Source: Burkholderiaceae bacterium (GTDB lineage Bacteria; Pseudomonadota; Gammaproteobacteria; Burkholderiales; Burkholderiaceae_E). From it: a stretch of 64,000 nt of DNA. Below, in pieces: positions 9,273-18,950 of this stretch (its first letter is position 1; each line of letters opens with the position of its first letter). The notes beneath the pieces were generated by a model that saw nothing but the letters and a program-made list of their open reading frames with translations, searched no databases and had not been told where the DNA came from. Position numbers and translations under genes: made by a program. The stretch spans positions 564,824 through 628,823 of the forward strand of contig JBOEGY010000006.1 in assembly GCA_050633665.1 (NCBI GenBank), read 5' to 3'.

Positions 9273-10784
9273 TCAGAGCGTCTTTCGTTGCGATACCGGA
9301 TAGATACGCATGGCTTCCCGGTACTTCGCGACGGTCCGTCGGGCGACTACAAAGCCTTGTTCGCCGAGCAGTTGGGCAATTCGATTATCTGATAGTGGGT
9401 GTTTGGTGTCCTCCGCAGCAATGAGTTGTTTGATCAGGGCCCGAATCGCGGTACTCGAAGCGGCACCGCCGCTATCGGTCGCCACATGACTGCCAAAGAA
9501 ATACTTAAGCTCAAAAGTACCATGTGGTGTGAGCATGTATTTTTGCGTCGTGACTCGTGAGACCGTTGATTCATGGAGACCCAGGGTGTCGGCGATTTCA
9601 CGCAGTACGAGTGGTCGCATCGCGACCTCGCCGTGGGAGAAGAATGCTTTTTGTCTGTCTACGATGGCTTCTGATACCCGGAGAATGGTGTCGAACCTCT
9701 GTTGAACATTCTTAATCAACCAGCGTGCTTCTTGCAACTGTCCAGACAGGTTTCCGCTAATTCCGCGGTTCTGCCGCAAAATGTCCGCGTACATGTCGTT
9801 AACGCGCAGCTTCGGCATCACGCTGGGGTTCAGGCTGACCTCCCAGCCGTTCTCTGACCGCCGAACGGTTACGTCCGGTACGATGTAGTTAAGCTCTGGT
9901 TGGGCGAATTTGGCGCCTGGTCGCGGCGATAAGCCGACAATTACTTGCTGAGCACGGCGCAAGGTCTCATCGTTGCATTTAAGACTTCTTTTCAATTTGT
10001 TGAAGTCTTTAGCCGCGAGCGCATCCAGATGTCCATCCACCAAACGCCGTGCGACAGCCAGCAGCGGTGAGACCGGTGCAGACGGGTCTTGCTGCTCCTC
10101 ATTGGCCATACTGATCTGCGCATCGAGTTGTAACAGCAGGCACTGGCGCAGGTCGCGGCCGCCTACGCCGATCGGATCGAAGCTTTGCAGCAGTCGTAAG
10201 GCTGCAACGACCTCTTGTTCCTCAATTTCCGCTTCAGCGGGAAGCATGGCGTGGATCTCCGCCACATCGGTTTGCAGGTAGCCATCTTCGCTGAGTTCGT
10301 CAATCAGCAGTTCAACCAGGACTTTGTCCCGTGAACTGACCATTGTGGCGGTTAACTGCTGCATCAGGTGATCGCGCAGACTGATCTCAGTGCCAGCCAG
10401 TTGAGCGTAATCGCTTTCATCGTCACTGCTATCGCTGCGTGATTTGCTGCCACGTTGTTGCCAGTCGCCTTCGTAAGCGGGTTCGGCCGGGGCAGCTTCC
10501 GATTGGGCGGGGGCTGCGTCACCTGATGGTGCGGCCGTCTCGCCTTCGCTGGCCCCGGCATTGGGGTCTGCCTGGCCTGATTGCTCCAGGCCGCCATTGG
10601 GGGCGAGCCGTAACGCAGAGTCAAGAGGATCGTCCGATCGCTCAAGCATCGGGTTATCGGCGAGGGCTTGATCGATTTCCTGTCCCAGCTCCATCGTCGA
10701 CATCTGCAAAAGCCGGATGGACTGCTGAAGCTGTGGGGTCAGCGTGAGTTGCTGACTGAATCGAAGCTGTAAAGAGGGTTTCAT
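9273..10784 (-). CDS. rpoN: RNA polymerase sigma-54 factor
   Basis: 503 aa. Gln/Leu-rich region I (LQLRFSQQLTLTPQLQQSIRLLQMS), an acidic region II, and the RpoN box ARRTVAKYR. Confidence 0.95.
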   Translation of the reverse strand: MKPSLQLRFSQQLTLTPQLQQSIRLLQMSTMELGQEIDQALADNPMLERSDDPLDSALRLAPNGGLEQSGQADPNAGASEGETAAPSGDAAPAQSEAAPAEPAYEGDWQQRGSKSRSDSSDDESDYAQLAGTEISLRDHLMQQLTATMVSSRDKVLVELLIDELSEDGYLQTDVAEIHAMLPAEAEIEEQEVVAALRLLQSFDPIGVGGRDLRQCLLLQLDAQISMANEEQQDPSAPVSPLLAVARRLVDGHLDALAAKDFNKLKRSLKCNDETLRRAQQVIVGLSPRPGAKFAQPELNYIVPDVTVRRSENGWEVSLNPSVMPKLRVNDMYADILRQNRGISGNLSGQLQEARWLIKNVQQRFDTILRVSEAIVDRQKAFFSHGEVAMRPLVLREIADTLGLHESTVSRVTTQKYMLTPHGTFELKYFFGSHVATDSGGAASSTAIRALIKQLIAAEDTKHPLSDNRIAQLLGEQGFVVARRTVAKYREAMRIYPVSQRKTL

Positions 10785-10923
10785 CGAACTCCATTGATAG
10801 AGTACCGATAAAGCAAGGTTGCTTCCGGGGGCAATGCATTTCCGACAGACGCCACGATGAACGTATCCAGAAGAGCTATTAGCGGCAGGTCAGGTCGTCT
10901 GACGCTCTGACTGCGCCCGATGG

Positions 10924-11775
10924 CTACATGGAAAAATGTTCTCCGAGGTAGTAACGGCGCACGTCTTCGTTTTTTACAACATCTTCTGGGCCGCCGGAAG
11001 CAAGAACGGTACCAGCTCGGATGATATACGCTCGGTCGCAGATGCCAAGTGTCTCCCTGACGTTGTGGTCCGTGATCAACACCCCGATTCCCCGGTCCTT
11101 GAGAAACTTGACGATTCGCTGGATTTCAATCACGGCAATAGGGTCTACCCCGGCGAAAGGTTCGTCCAGCAGGATAAAGCGGGGTGAATTGGCCAGCGCT
11201 CGCGCAATCTCGACCCGCCGCCTTTCGCCGCCAGACAGCGACATCGCGGTGTTTGAGCGAATATGCTCGATCTGTAGTTCGTCGAGCAATTCGTTCATGC
11301 GCTGCTTGACCACGTTACGTCCCAGTGAGCGCCCGCGCTTATCGACCTGAAGTTCGAGCACGGCCTTGATGTTCTCTTCGACGGTCAGTTTGCGGAAGAC
11401 CGAGGCTTCTTGTGGCAGGTAGCTCAAACCGAGCCGCGCTCGTCGGTGTATGGGCAATCGGCCCAGCGGAACGCCGCTCAGGTCGATCGATCCGGCGTCG
11501 CTAGGCACCAGTCCGACGATCATGTAAAAACAGGTGGTCTTACCGGCGCCGTTGGGCCCCAGCAGGCCGACAACTTCGCCACTGGCAACCGAAAGACTGA
11601 CATCCTGGACGACTTGACGGCCGTGATAAGACTTCTTGAGATTATTGACGGTCAGGATATTGTCGGGAGCCGCCTCGTTTGCCCCTGGCGGTTGGGATAC
11701 CGGCTCCGGTGCGGTTCTCGCTGCTTTCTCTACGCTTTGTTGCCCATTGGTCAGAGAGCGCTTTAGGTTCATCAT
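10924..11775 (-). CDS. lptB: LPS export ABC transporter ATP-binding protein LptB, with ~40-aa N-terminal extension
   Basis: 283 aa. Walker A GPNGAGKTT, signature LSGGERRR, Walker B ILLDEP. The start overlaps the lptA stop by 4 nt. Confidence 0.9.
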   Translation of the reverse strand: MMNLKRSLTNGQQSVEKAARTAPEPVSQPPGANEAAPDNILTVNNLKKSYHGRQVVQDVSLSVASGEVVGLLGPNGAGKTTCFYMIVGLVPSDAGSIDLSGVPLGRLPIHRRARLGLSYLPQEASVFRKLTVEENIKAVLELQVDKRGRSLGRNVVKQRMNELLDELQIEHIRSNTAMSLSGGERRRVEIARALANSPRFILLDEPFAGVDPIAVIEIQRIVKFLKDRGIGVLITDHNVRETLGICDRAYIIRAGTVLASGGPEDVVKNEDVRRYYLGEHFSM

Positions 11776-12431
11776 TGGGGCTTGCCGGGCGTTTTAAGCG
11801 ACTTGGCCGGCTGCAGTTGGGTGCTGGCCGGTGTCTTGCCTTTCTTGTCCTGTCGCGGCTGGATCACCACCTGAACCCGGCCTTTGGGGTTGGTTTCGCT
11901 GGTACCGTCTTTGCCCCCTTCAACCGAAAAGAAGTCATTGTTGCTCTGGTAGACGATTCGGGCACCTTTGACCCGGTCTGGTGCCTGACCCGGGCGCGAT
12001 CGGAGCAGGGTGGCGCCGCCAATGATCTCGACCGCTTCGGTTTTATTGCTGTAGCGCAATTCGCGCCCTTGACCTTTGACGGTCAGCTTTGTTCCGGAGC
12101 GGTGCTGGACAAACCGGGCCGGATTGCCAGTAGCCCTGGCGATCTGGTTGCCTGCTGCGTCCTGAGACAATCGTAGTTGAGCGGCCCGGATTTCAATATC
12201 GCCACGGTGCAGCACGACGTTGCCTTTAAAGATATTCACCCGAGCCTTGTCATCGTATTGCATCTGATCGGCTTCTATCTTGATCGCGCCGGCTGGTGGT
12301 TTGTCCCCGGCGTCCGCCGCCGGCGCTGCGCCGGCGGGCAGCCACAGGCAGGCAGCAACCAGGCTCAGGATAGCCAGGGGCCGGGCGTTGCCGGCCGCGG
12401 TGGGTGGCGAATGAGGTTCAGAGGCAATCAC
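11772..12431 (-). CDS. lptA: LPS transport periplasmic protein LptA
   Basis: 219 aa with a signal peptide. OstA-like beta-jellyroll repeats (IEADQMQYDDKARVNIFKGNVVL). Lies between lptC and lptB. Confidence 0.85.
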   Translation of the reverse strand: MIASEPHSPPTAAGNARPLAILSLVAACLWLPAGAAPAADAGDKPPAGAIKIEADQMQYDDKARVNIFKGNVVLHRGDIEIRAAQLRLSQDAAGNQIARATGNPARFVQHRSGTKLTVKGQGRELRYSNKTEAVEIIGGATLLRSRPGQAPDRVKGARIVYQSNNDFFSVEGGKDGTSETNPKGRVQVVIQPRQDKKGKTPASTQLQPAKSLKTPGKPQ

Positions 12432-12443
12432 GGTCTGTCAGGC

Positions 12444-13049
12444 TCACGGCTGCCGCAACGAGTCGGTAGCTTTTTCGGGTACATCGGCCTGCACCTGCGA
12501 ATGCAGGCGCATCGTTCTCAACAGGTTATCAAATTCCATGCCGACACCGCGCAGCCGGGCGCTGCCATGTTCTATCAGCACAGGGAGCTCGGTTCGGGCG
12601 GTTTCGTCATCGGGCGTCAACCGCAGTCTTTCGGTTCTGATGGTCAGTGTCGGGTTTTCCGGCATGGCCTGACGTTCCAGGACGACATTGCCTTCCAATA
12701 CGGTTGACTGACCCTCCTGGCTTGCCACGGCAATATCCGCCCGGACTGTCATGCGCGGACGGTTTCGGTCCAGGCTGACCAGGGTCGGCATTCGGAATTC
12801 ACTGGTGCCGTCAATCGGATAGTGCAGCATTGAGTGAGCCGACATCTGAAACACCGGTTCGCCATGGGTGTTGACGCGGGTCAGTGAGACGCCTTCAACA
12901 AAGACATCAGGCTCGTTGGACTTGGTCGTCAGGCTGGTTTCCTGGTCCCGGGAGACCCAGACTGCCAGGTAGTAGGTTCCGGCAGCCAGAACCAGGAGGA
13001 ACACAATGGAGGCAACCGCGGCAAGGCGGTCGTAGAACCGCGCGTTCAT
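12444..13049 (-). CDS. lptC: LPS export system protein LptC
   Basis: 201 aa with a single N-terminal TM helix. Position between kdsC and lptA. Confidence 0.8.
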   Translation of the reverse strand: MNARFYDRLAAVASIVFLLVLAAGTYYLAVWVSRDQETSLTTKSNEPDVFVEGVSLTRVNTHGEPVFQMSAHSMLHYPIDGTSEFRMPTLVSLDRNRPRMTVRADIAVASQEGQSTVLEGNVVLERQAMPENPTLTIRTERLRLTPDDETARTELPVLIEHGSARLRGVGMEFDNLLRTMRLHSQVQADVPEKATDSLRQP

Positions 13050-13579
13050 TGCCGGTCGCCAGTAAATCGGGTGATTGCACCGGCCCAGCCGCCGCGCGAT
13101 TTCAGTAGCATTTCTGCGAACGACCGGACGGCGCCGTGGCCCCCGTCCTGGTCGGCAATCCAGTTTGCCTGTGCACGCACTTCGGCCGATGCGTTGCCCA
13201 CACAGGCGGCGAGCCCGGCAATCTGCATCGCCGGTAAGTCAGGTAAGTCATCACCCATGAAAGCGGTGGCCGAGAGCGGAATGTTCAGCGAATCGGCGAG
13301 AGTGCTCAGCGCGGTTGCCTTGTCGCCGACCGCTTGCAGGACATGATCGATTCGCAGCTCGCGGCAACGGGCGGTCACGATAGATGATTCGCGCGCGGTA
13401 ATGATTGCTACGGCGATGCCGGCATCCATTAACAGTCGCAGGCCAAGACCGTCCCGCACCGAAAAAAACTTGGCCATCTCCCCGTCAGCGCCAATGATGA
13501 TCCGGCCATCAGTCAGGGTGCCGTCGACGTCAAGTCCGACCAGTTGGACGCCTGAGGCGAGTGATTGGATTGAATTCAT
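13046..13579 (-). CDS. kdsC: 3-deoxy-D-manno-octulosonate 8-phosphate phosphatase KdsC
   Basis: HAD motif LVGLDVDGTLTDG and C-terminal GDDLPD. I chose the start at MNSIQSL. The ORF-track start at 13723 is an extension overlapping kdsD. Confidence 0.85.
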   Translation of the reverse strand: MNSIQSLASGVQLVGLDVDGTLTDGRIIIGADGEMAKFFSVRDGLGLRLLMDAGIAVAIITARESSIVTARCRELRIDHVLQAVGDKATALSTLADSLNIPLSATAFMGDDLPDLPAMQIAGLAACVGNASAEVRAQANWIADQDGGHGAVRSFAEMLLKSRGGWAGAITRFTGDRQ

Positions 13580-14613
13580 TAGACGATTTTGGCGGCGAGC
13601 ATGTCCTGAAAATTCAGGGCGCCCATCAATTGTTGATCGGGACCGGCGACTAGCAGTTGGCCGATACGTTTTTCCTGCATGAGTCGGAGCGCTTCGGCGG
13701 CCAGGGTGTCGGGGGCCACGCAAGTCGGGGTGTTGGTCATGACGGCGTCGGTCCGGGTCTGGCGTAAGTCCTGGCCGCTGACCAGGAGGCGGCGCAAGTC
13801 ACCATCGGTTAGCGCGCCCACGATTTTCCCGCTCTGATCGGTTACAGCGGTGATGCCCAGACGTTTATTGGTGATCTCCATAATGGCATCGACCAGCAGC
13901 GAATCGGGCCGGACGCTGGGCAATTGTTCGCCGCGATGCATGATGTCACTCACCCGCGTCAGGAGGCGGCGGCCGAGCGCGCCACCGGGATGGGAGCGGG
14001 CGAAATCGTCCGGACTGAAAGAACGCGCTTCAAGCACTGCCACCGCCAGCGCGTCGCCGAGTGCCAGCGCGGCAGTCGTGCTGGCGGTGGGCGCCAGGTT
14101 CAGCGGACAGGCTTCTTGTTCGACACTGGCATTCAGGTGTACATCGGCAATCTGGGCCAGCTCAGATGCCGAGTTGCCGGTCATGGCAATGAGGCGCGCG
14201 CCCTGTCTTTTGATCAGGGGGACAATTCTGACCAGCTCTTCCGTGGTACCCGAATTGGACAGGCAAAGAAAGACATCAACGGCGGTAATCATGCCCAGAT
14301 CCCCGTGACTGGCTTCTGCCGGGTGGACAAAAAACGAAGGCGTGCCGGTTGAGGCGAAAGTCGCGGCCAGTTTGTTCGCGATATGCCCCGATTTGCCCAT
14401 GCCGCTGACTACCAGGCGGCCCTGGCAATTTAGAATGAGTTTGCAGGCAGCGAGAAAATCCGCGTTGATCGATTTGGCCATTCGCCCGACCGCGTCTGCT
14501 TCAATGGCCAGGACCTGCCGCGCCCGCGCAATGAGCGTCTGGTCGTTGAGTGGCTCGGACGAAGGGGCGTGGTCAGGCAGCGCGGTCGCTGCTTCGGGCG
14601 AAGGATTTGGCAT
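13579..14613 (-). CDS. kdsD: Arabinose-5-phosphate isomerase KdsD (SIS + tandem CBS)
   Basis: 344 aa. SIS motif VSGMGKSGHIANKLAATFASTGTPSFFVHPAEASHGDLG. CBS pair at the C-terminus. Confidence 0.9.
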   Translation of the reverse strand: MPNPSPEAATALPDHAPSSEPLNDQTLIARARQVLAIEADAVGRMAKSINADFLAACKLILNCQGRLVVSGMGKSGHIANKLAATFASTGTPSFFVHPAEASHGDLGMITAVDVFLCLSNSGTTEELVRIVPLIKRQGARLIAMTGNSASELAQIADVHLNASVEQEACPLNLAPTASTTAALALGDALAVAVLEARSFSPDDFARSHPGGALGRRLLTRVSDIMHRGEQLPSVRPDSLLVDAIMEITNKRLGITAVTDQSGKIVGALTDGDLRRLLVSGQDLRQTRTDAVMTNTPTCVAPDTLAAEALRLMQEKRIGQLLVAGPDQQLMGALNFQDMLAAKIV

Positions 14614-14654
14614 GTCCGAGAGTATAAGCGCTGTGTATATGGCTGACAGGTGAC

Positions 14655-16691
14655 GTGCAGGCTCTATTGACGTCGAATGTCAGTTACCCTCGAGCTGTGA
14701 CTGCTTTAGAACTAACCCTCATCCTTCTCGCGGCTGCCGTGATTGCGGTGGTCGCCCTGCGTGCGTTCGGCGTGCCGCCCTTAGTCGCCTATCTCGCCGT
14801 GGGTGTGTTGATCGGACCCCACGCCGCAGGTCTCGCCGGCGAGGAAGACGCCACGCACGGACTTGGCGAGATCGGCGTCGTATTCCTGATGTTCTCGCTG
14901 GGGCTGGAGTTCTCGCTACCCAAGCTCAATTCTCTTCGGCGTCATGTGTTTGGACTTGGTGCGGCCCAGGTGGGTACCACGATGGCGGTCAGTTTTCTGG
15001 CGCTCACCCTGATGCCACTGGCCTGGCTGACCGTGTTATTCCCGGGCGGGATCGACTGGCGCGCCGCGATTGCGGTCAGTGGCGCGGTTGCGATGAGTTC
15101 GACTGCTCTGGTCAGCAAACTGTTGACCGAACGGCGTGAGCTTGAAACAGACCATGGACGCCGAGTATTCAGTGTGCTGCTGTTTCAGGATCTGGCCGTC
15201 ATTCCGTTGCTGATTCTGATCCCGGCGCTGGCCAGTGGTGACAAAGACTGGTGGATGGGGCTCATGCTGGCCTTGTTCAAAGCGGTTTGTCTGCTGGCAA
15301 TCTTGCTCCGTTTCGGCCCGCCGCTGATGCGCCGCTGGTTCTCGCTGGTGGCCCGGCAACGCTCCCACGAAGTGTTTACGCTTAATGTGCTTCTGGCCAC
15401 CTTGCTGTTTGCCTGGCTGACCAAGCAATTTGGCTTGTCAATGGAGCTGGGCGCGTTTGTCGCCGGCATGCTGATCGCCGAAACCGAGTTTCGCTATCAG
15501 GTCGAGGAGGACATCAAACCGTTTCGGGACGTCCTGCTTGGACTGTTTTTTGTCACGGTTGGCATGCAACTGGATGTCTCGGTGCTGGTCCAGTCGTGGT
15601 TGCAGGTGTTGGTTTTACTGCTGATTCCGATTACCGCGAAGTTTTTGCTGGTCCTGGGGCTGGTCAAATTGCTTGGCGGTACTGCGGGAACGGCTATTCG
15701 AACCAGTCTGTGGCTGGCACAGGGTGGAGAGTTCGGGTTTGTGCTGTTGTCGCTGTCGTTTTCGACGGGTTTGCTCGCCGAATCAACAATGCAACCGGCG
15801 CTCGCCGCGATGTTGCTGTCGCTATTGCTCAGTCCGTTGCTGATCTCGCAGGCCAATCGCATCGCGTTGCGCGCCAGCTCCCAGGAGTGGCTGCAACGAT
15901 CGCTGCAGATTCAGACGATTGCCTCCAAGAGTATTGCCCGCTCCGGCCACATTCTGATTGCCGGTTACGGGCGTAGTGGGCAGTCTCTGGCGCACGTACT
16001 TGAGAGCGAGCAAGTCAAATATATTGCGCTCGATCTTGACCCGGACCGGGTTCGGGAGGCCAGCGCGGCAGGAGAATCGGTTGTTTATGGCGATGCCACC
16101 CGGGCTGAGGCGTTAACCGCCGCCGGTGTGCATCGGGCCAGTGCGATTGCCATTACCTTCGACGATCTGCAGGCAACTTACCGATTGCTCGACCGATTGC
16201 GGGTCCTGGCGCCGCAGCTGCCGATTCTGGTTCGGTCCAGTACCGAAGTCGAACTGCCCCGGCTGCGTGAAGCTGGTGCAACCGAAGTGGTGCCTGAAGT
16301 CACTGAAGGCAGTTTGATTCTGGCCTCGCACGCGCTCGCGCTGGCCGGCTTGTCCAGAGTCAAAGTCCTGCGCCGGATGAGAACCATCCGGGAAGGTCGT
16401 TACGAGTTGTTACAGGGGTTTTTCCGCGGTGCTGATGATTCAACCGGCGAAGCCATTGAATCAGAGCAAGTGGTGTTGCATGCGATACGTCTTGACCCCG
16501 GTAGCCAAAGCATTGGCAAAGCGCTTAATGAACTTGACTGGCACGGCGCGCGCGTGAATGCCATCATGAGGCGCTCCGGTCGTATTGTGGAGCCGCCCGA
16601 GACCCTGATTCTGGAGCCCCACGATACCGTCGTGTTAGTCGGGACTGCCGATCAGATTGGTGCTGCCGAGGCTCTCCTTCATGCTGGGTAG
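14655..16691 (+). CDS. CPA2-family monovalent cation:proton antiporter with TrkA-N/TrkA-C domains (YbaL/KefB-like)
   Basis: 678 aa. About 12 TM segments, then a Rossmann motif ILIAGYGRSGQSLA and a C-terminal RCK-C-like region. GTG start; an alternative GTG is at 14697. Confidence 0.85.
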   Translation: MQALLTSNVSYPRAVTALELTLILLAAAVIAVVALRAFGVPPLVAYLAVGVLIGPHAAGLAGEEDATHGLGEIGVVFLMFSLGLEFSLPKLNSLRRHVFGLGAAQVGTTMAVSFLALTLMPLAWLTVLFPGGIDWRAAIAVSGAVAMSSTALVSKLLTERRELETDHGRRVFSVLLFQDLAVIPLLILIPALASGDKDWWMGLMLALFKAVCLLAILLRFGPPLMRRWFSLVARQRSHEVFTLNVLLATLLFAWLTKQFGLSMELGAFVAGMLIAETEFRYQVEEDIKPFRDVLLGLFFVTVGMQLDVSVLVQSWLQVLVLLLIPITAKFLLVLGLVKLLGGTAGTAIRTSLWLAQGGEFGFVLLSLSFSTGLLAESTMQPALAAMLLSLLLSPLLISQANRIALRASSQEWLQRSLQIQTIASKSIARSGHILIAGYGRSGQSLAHVLESEQVKYIALDLDPDRVREASAAGESVVYGDATRAEALTAAGVHRASAIAITFDDLQATYRLLDRLRVLAPQLPILVRSSTEVELPRLREAGATEVVPEVTEGSLILASHALALAGLSRVKVLRRMRTIREGRYELLQGFFRGADDSTGEAIESEQVVLHAIRLDPGSQSIGKALNELDWHGARVNAIMRRSGRIVEPPETLILEPHDTVVLVGTADQIGAAEALLHAG

Positions 16692-16923
16692 GCTGAGTCG
16701 CAACACTTAAGAGGGTTTTGCTTAGCGTTTCTTTAGAGTCGCTTGCTAAACTGGCGTGTCGCGCTTTTGCACGCCTGCGGCCTGCTGTTGCCGTCTTCGC
16801 TGACCCTAACACTGACGTTAACCTTTACTCCTGACCTCATACGGTGCCCTCATCGCTTCCGCTCCCATCCTGACCATCGAGAATCTGCGCTTTGGCTACG
16901 GCGACCGGCTCATCCTCGATGAT

Positions 16924-17676
16924 GTGTCGCTGGAGTTCAATGTCGGGACCGTGTCCGCCCTGATGGGCGGCTCGGGTTGCGGCAAGACGACCTTGTTGCG
17001 CCTGATCAGTGGCCAGGAAAAACCACTGTCCGGGAAGATCACCTTTGATGGCCTGGATGTCGCGAAACTCGATCGCGACGGCTTGTATGGATTGCGGCGT
17101 CAGATGGGCATGTTGTTCCAGTTCGGTGCCTTGTTTACCGACATGTCGGTATTTGATAACGTCGCTTTCCCATTGCGCGAGCATAGCGGTCTCGACGAAG
17201 ACCTGATTCATGATCTGGTACTGATGAAGCTCAACGCGGTGGGCTTGCGCGGCGCTGCGCATTTGATGCCTGCCGAGATTTCCGGCGGCATGGCCCGCCG
17301 GGTCGCGCTGGCCCGCGCAATCGCGCTGGACCCGGCACTGCTTTTGTATGACGAGCCTTTCGCTGGCCTTGACCCGATTTCACTGGGCACGATTGCCCAG
17401 ATCATCCGCCAGCTCAATGACGCGCTCGGCGCGACCTCTATTCTGGTCAGTCATGATGTGCATGAATCATTTGAGATCTGTGACTATATCTACGTGCTTG
17501 GCCATGGCAAGGTCATCGGCCACGGCAAGCCGGCGGACCTGGCCAGGACGACTGACCCCGAACTCGACCAGTTCCTGAACGGCAAGCGGGAAGGACCGGT
17601 CGGTTTCCATTACCCGGCCCCGGATTACGCAGCGCAACTGGGTCAGGGCGGCTCGCCATCGGGGGGCAAGGTTTGA
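16924..17676 (+). CDS. mlaF: Phospholipid (Mla) ABC transporter ATP-binding protein MlaF; the true start is probably upstream
   Basis: Walker A GGSGCGKTT, signature ISGGMARRVALARA, Walker B LLYDEP. Conserved N-terminal residues (ILTIENLRFGYGDRLILDD) are encoded in frame upstream of the first canonical start (see findings). Confidence 0.85.
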   Translation: MSLEFNVGTVSALMGGSGCGKTTLLRLISGQEKPLSGKITFDGLDVAKLDRDGLYGLRRQMGMLFQFGALFTDMSVFDNVAFPLREHSGLDEDLIHDLVLMKLNAVGLRGAAHLMPAEISGGMARRVALARAIALDPALLLYDEPFAGLDPISLGTIAQIIRQLNDALGATSILVSHDVHESFEICDYIYVLGHGKVIGHGKPADLARTTDPELDQFLNGKREGPVGFHYPAPDYAAQLGQGGSPSGGKV

Positions 17677-18461
17677 ATACCTTGCTCAATGGGCTTGCGG
17701 CCATCGGCGCCTGGGTTAGAGGTGTTTTTGCCGGCGTGGGTTATGGCGCGCGATTCTTCTTTCGGCTGTTGTGGTTGTCCATCAGTTCGCTGAAGCGGCC
17801 GCGACTGGTCATCGAGCAAATTCACTTTATTGGTAACCACTCGCTCTCGATTATTCTGGTTTCCGGCCTGTTCGTTGGTTTCGTACTTGGTTTGCAGGGT
17901 TATTACACCTTGCAGCGTTACGGCTCCGGTGAGGCGCTCGGCCTGATGGTGACCTTGTCTCTGGTGCGTGAACTCGGGCCGGTTGTGGCAGCGTTGCTGT
18001 TTGCTGGTCGCGCCGGTACTTCCCTGACCGCCGAAATCGGCTTGATGAAATCCGGCGAGCAACTGGTTGCGATGGAAATGATGGCAGTGGATCCGGTGGC
18101 CCGCGTGCTGGCACCCCGGTTTCTGGCGGCGGTTATTTCACTCCCTCTGTTGGCCGCAATGTTCTCAGCGGTCGGTGTGATGGGGGGCTATATCGTTGGC
18201 GTGCCGCTAATCGGGGTTGATCCGGGCGCTTTCTGGTCGCAGACCCAGGCTGGTGTTGATGTGTTCGCCGATGTGGGCAACGGGGTCATCAAGAGCATTG
18301 TATTTGGGTTTGTCTGTGCGTTTATCGCGCTTTTTGTCGGCCATGAGGCCAAGCCCACACCCGAAGGTGTCTCGCGGGCAACCACTACGACGGTGGTCGC
18401 ATCATCACTGGCGGTGCTGGCTTTTGACTTCATCCTCACCGCGCTGATGTTCAGTACCTAA
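17673..18461 (+). CDS. mlaE: Mla ABC transporter permease MlaE
   Basis: 262-aa polytopic membrane protein, with the LVRELGPVVAALLFAGRAGTSLTAEIGLMK motif typical of the MlaE family. 4-nt overlap with mlaF. Confidence 0.9.
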   Translation: MNTLLNGLAAIGAWVRGVFAGVGYGARFFFRLLWLSISSLKRPRLVIEQIHFIGNHSLSIILVSGLFVGFVLGLQGYYTLQRYGSGEALGLMVTLSLVRELGPVVAALLFAGRAGTSLTAEIGLMKSGEQLVAMEMMAVDPVARVLAPRFLAAVISLPLLAAMFSAVGVMGGYIVGVPLIGVDPGAFWSQTQAGVDVFADVGNGVIKSIVFGFVCAFIALFVGHEAKPTPEGVSRATTTTVVASSLAVLAFDFILTALMFST

Positions 18462-18479
18462 TCATCAAGGCAAAAAATA

Positions 18480-18950
18480 ATGAATCGAAAAGTTACCGAC
18501 GTACTGGTTGGCCTGTTTGTTGTACTGGGCTTTGGGGCGCTGCTTTTTCTCGCTTTGCAGGCGGGCAATCTTGCCAGCTTCAGTCTCGCGAAGAGTTATG
18601 CGGTCTCAGCCCGTTTCGATAACATCGGCGGCTTGAAAGTACGGGCACCGATCAAAAGTGCCGGTGTTACCGTCGGCCGGATCGCGCAGATCTCTTTTGA
18701 CGATCAGACTTTCAGGGCCAGTGTGGTGCTCGAAATCGAAGAGCAGTACAAGTTTCCCAAAGACTCTTCAGTCAAAATTCTGACATCCGGGTTGCTTGGT
18801 GAGCAATATGTCGGCCTGGAGCCGGGCGGCGATCTTAAGAATCTGGCCGACGGCGACAAGCTGACGCTGACTCAGTCGGCTGTCGTGCTTGAGAACCTGA
18901 TTGGTCAGTTTCTGTATGGACGGCAAGACGACGGAGGTGGCGGTAAATGA
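18480..18950 (+). CDS. mlaD: MCE-domain protein MlaD
   Basis: 156 aa. N-terminal TM helix plus an MCE core (GLKVRAPIKSAGVTVGRI). Confidence 0.85.
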   Translation: MNRKVTDVLVGLFVVLGFGALLFLALQAGNLASFSLAKSYAVSARFDNIGGLKVRAPIKSAGVTVGRIAQISFDDQTFRASVVLEIEEQYKFPKDSSVKILTSGLLGEQYVGLEPGGDLKNLADGDKLTLTQSAVVLENLIGQFLYGRQDDGGGGK

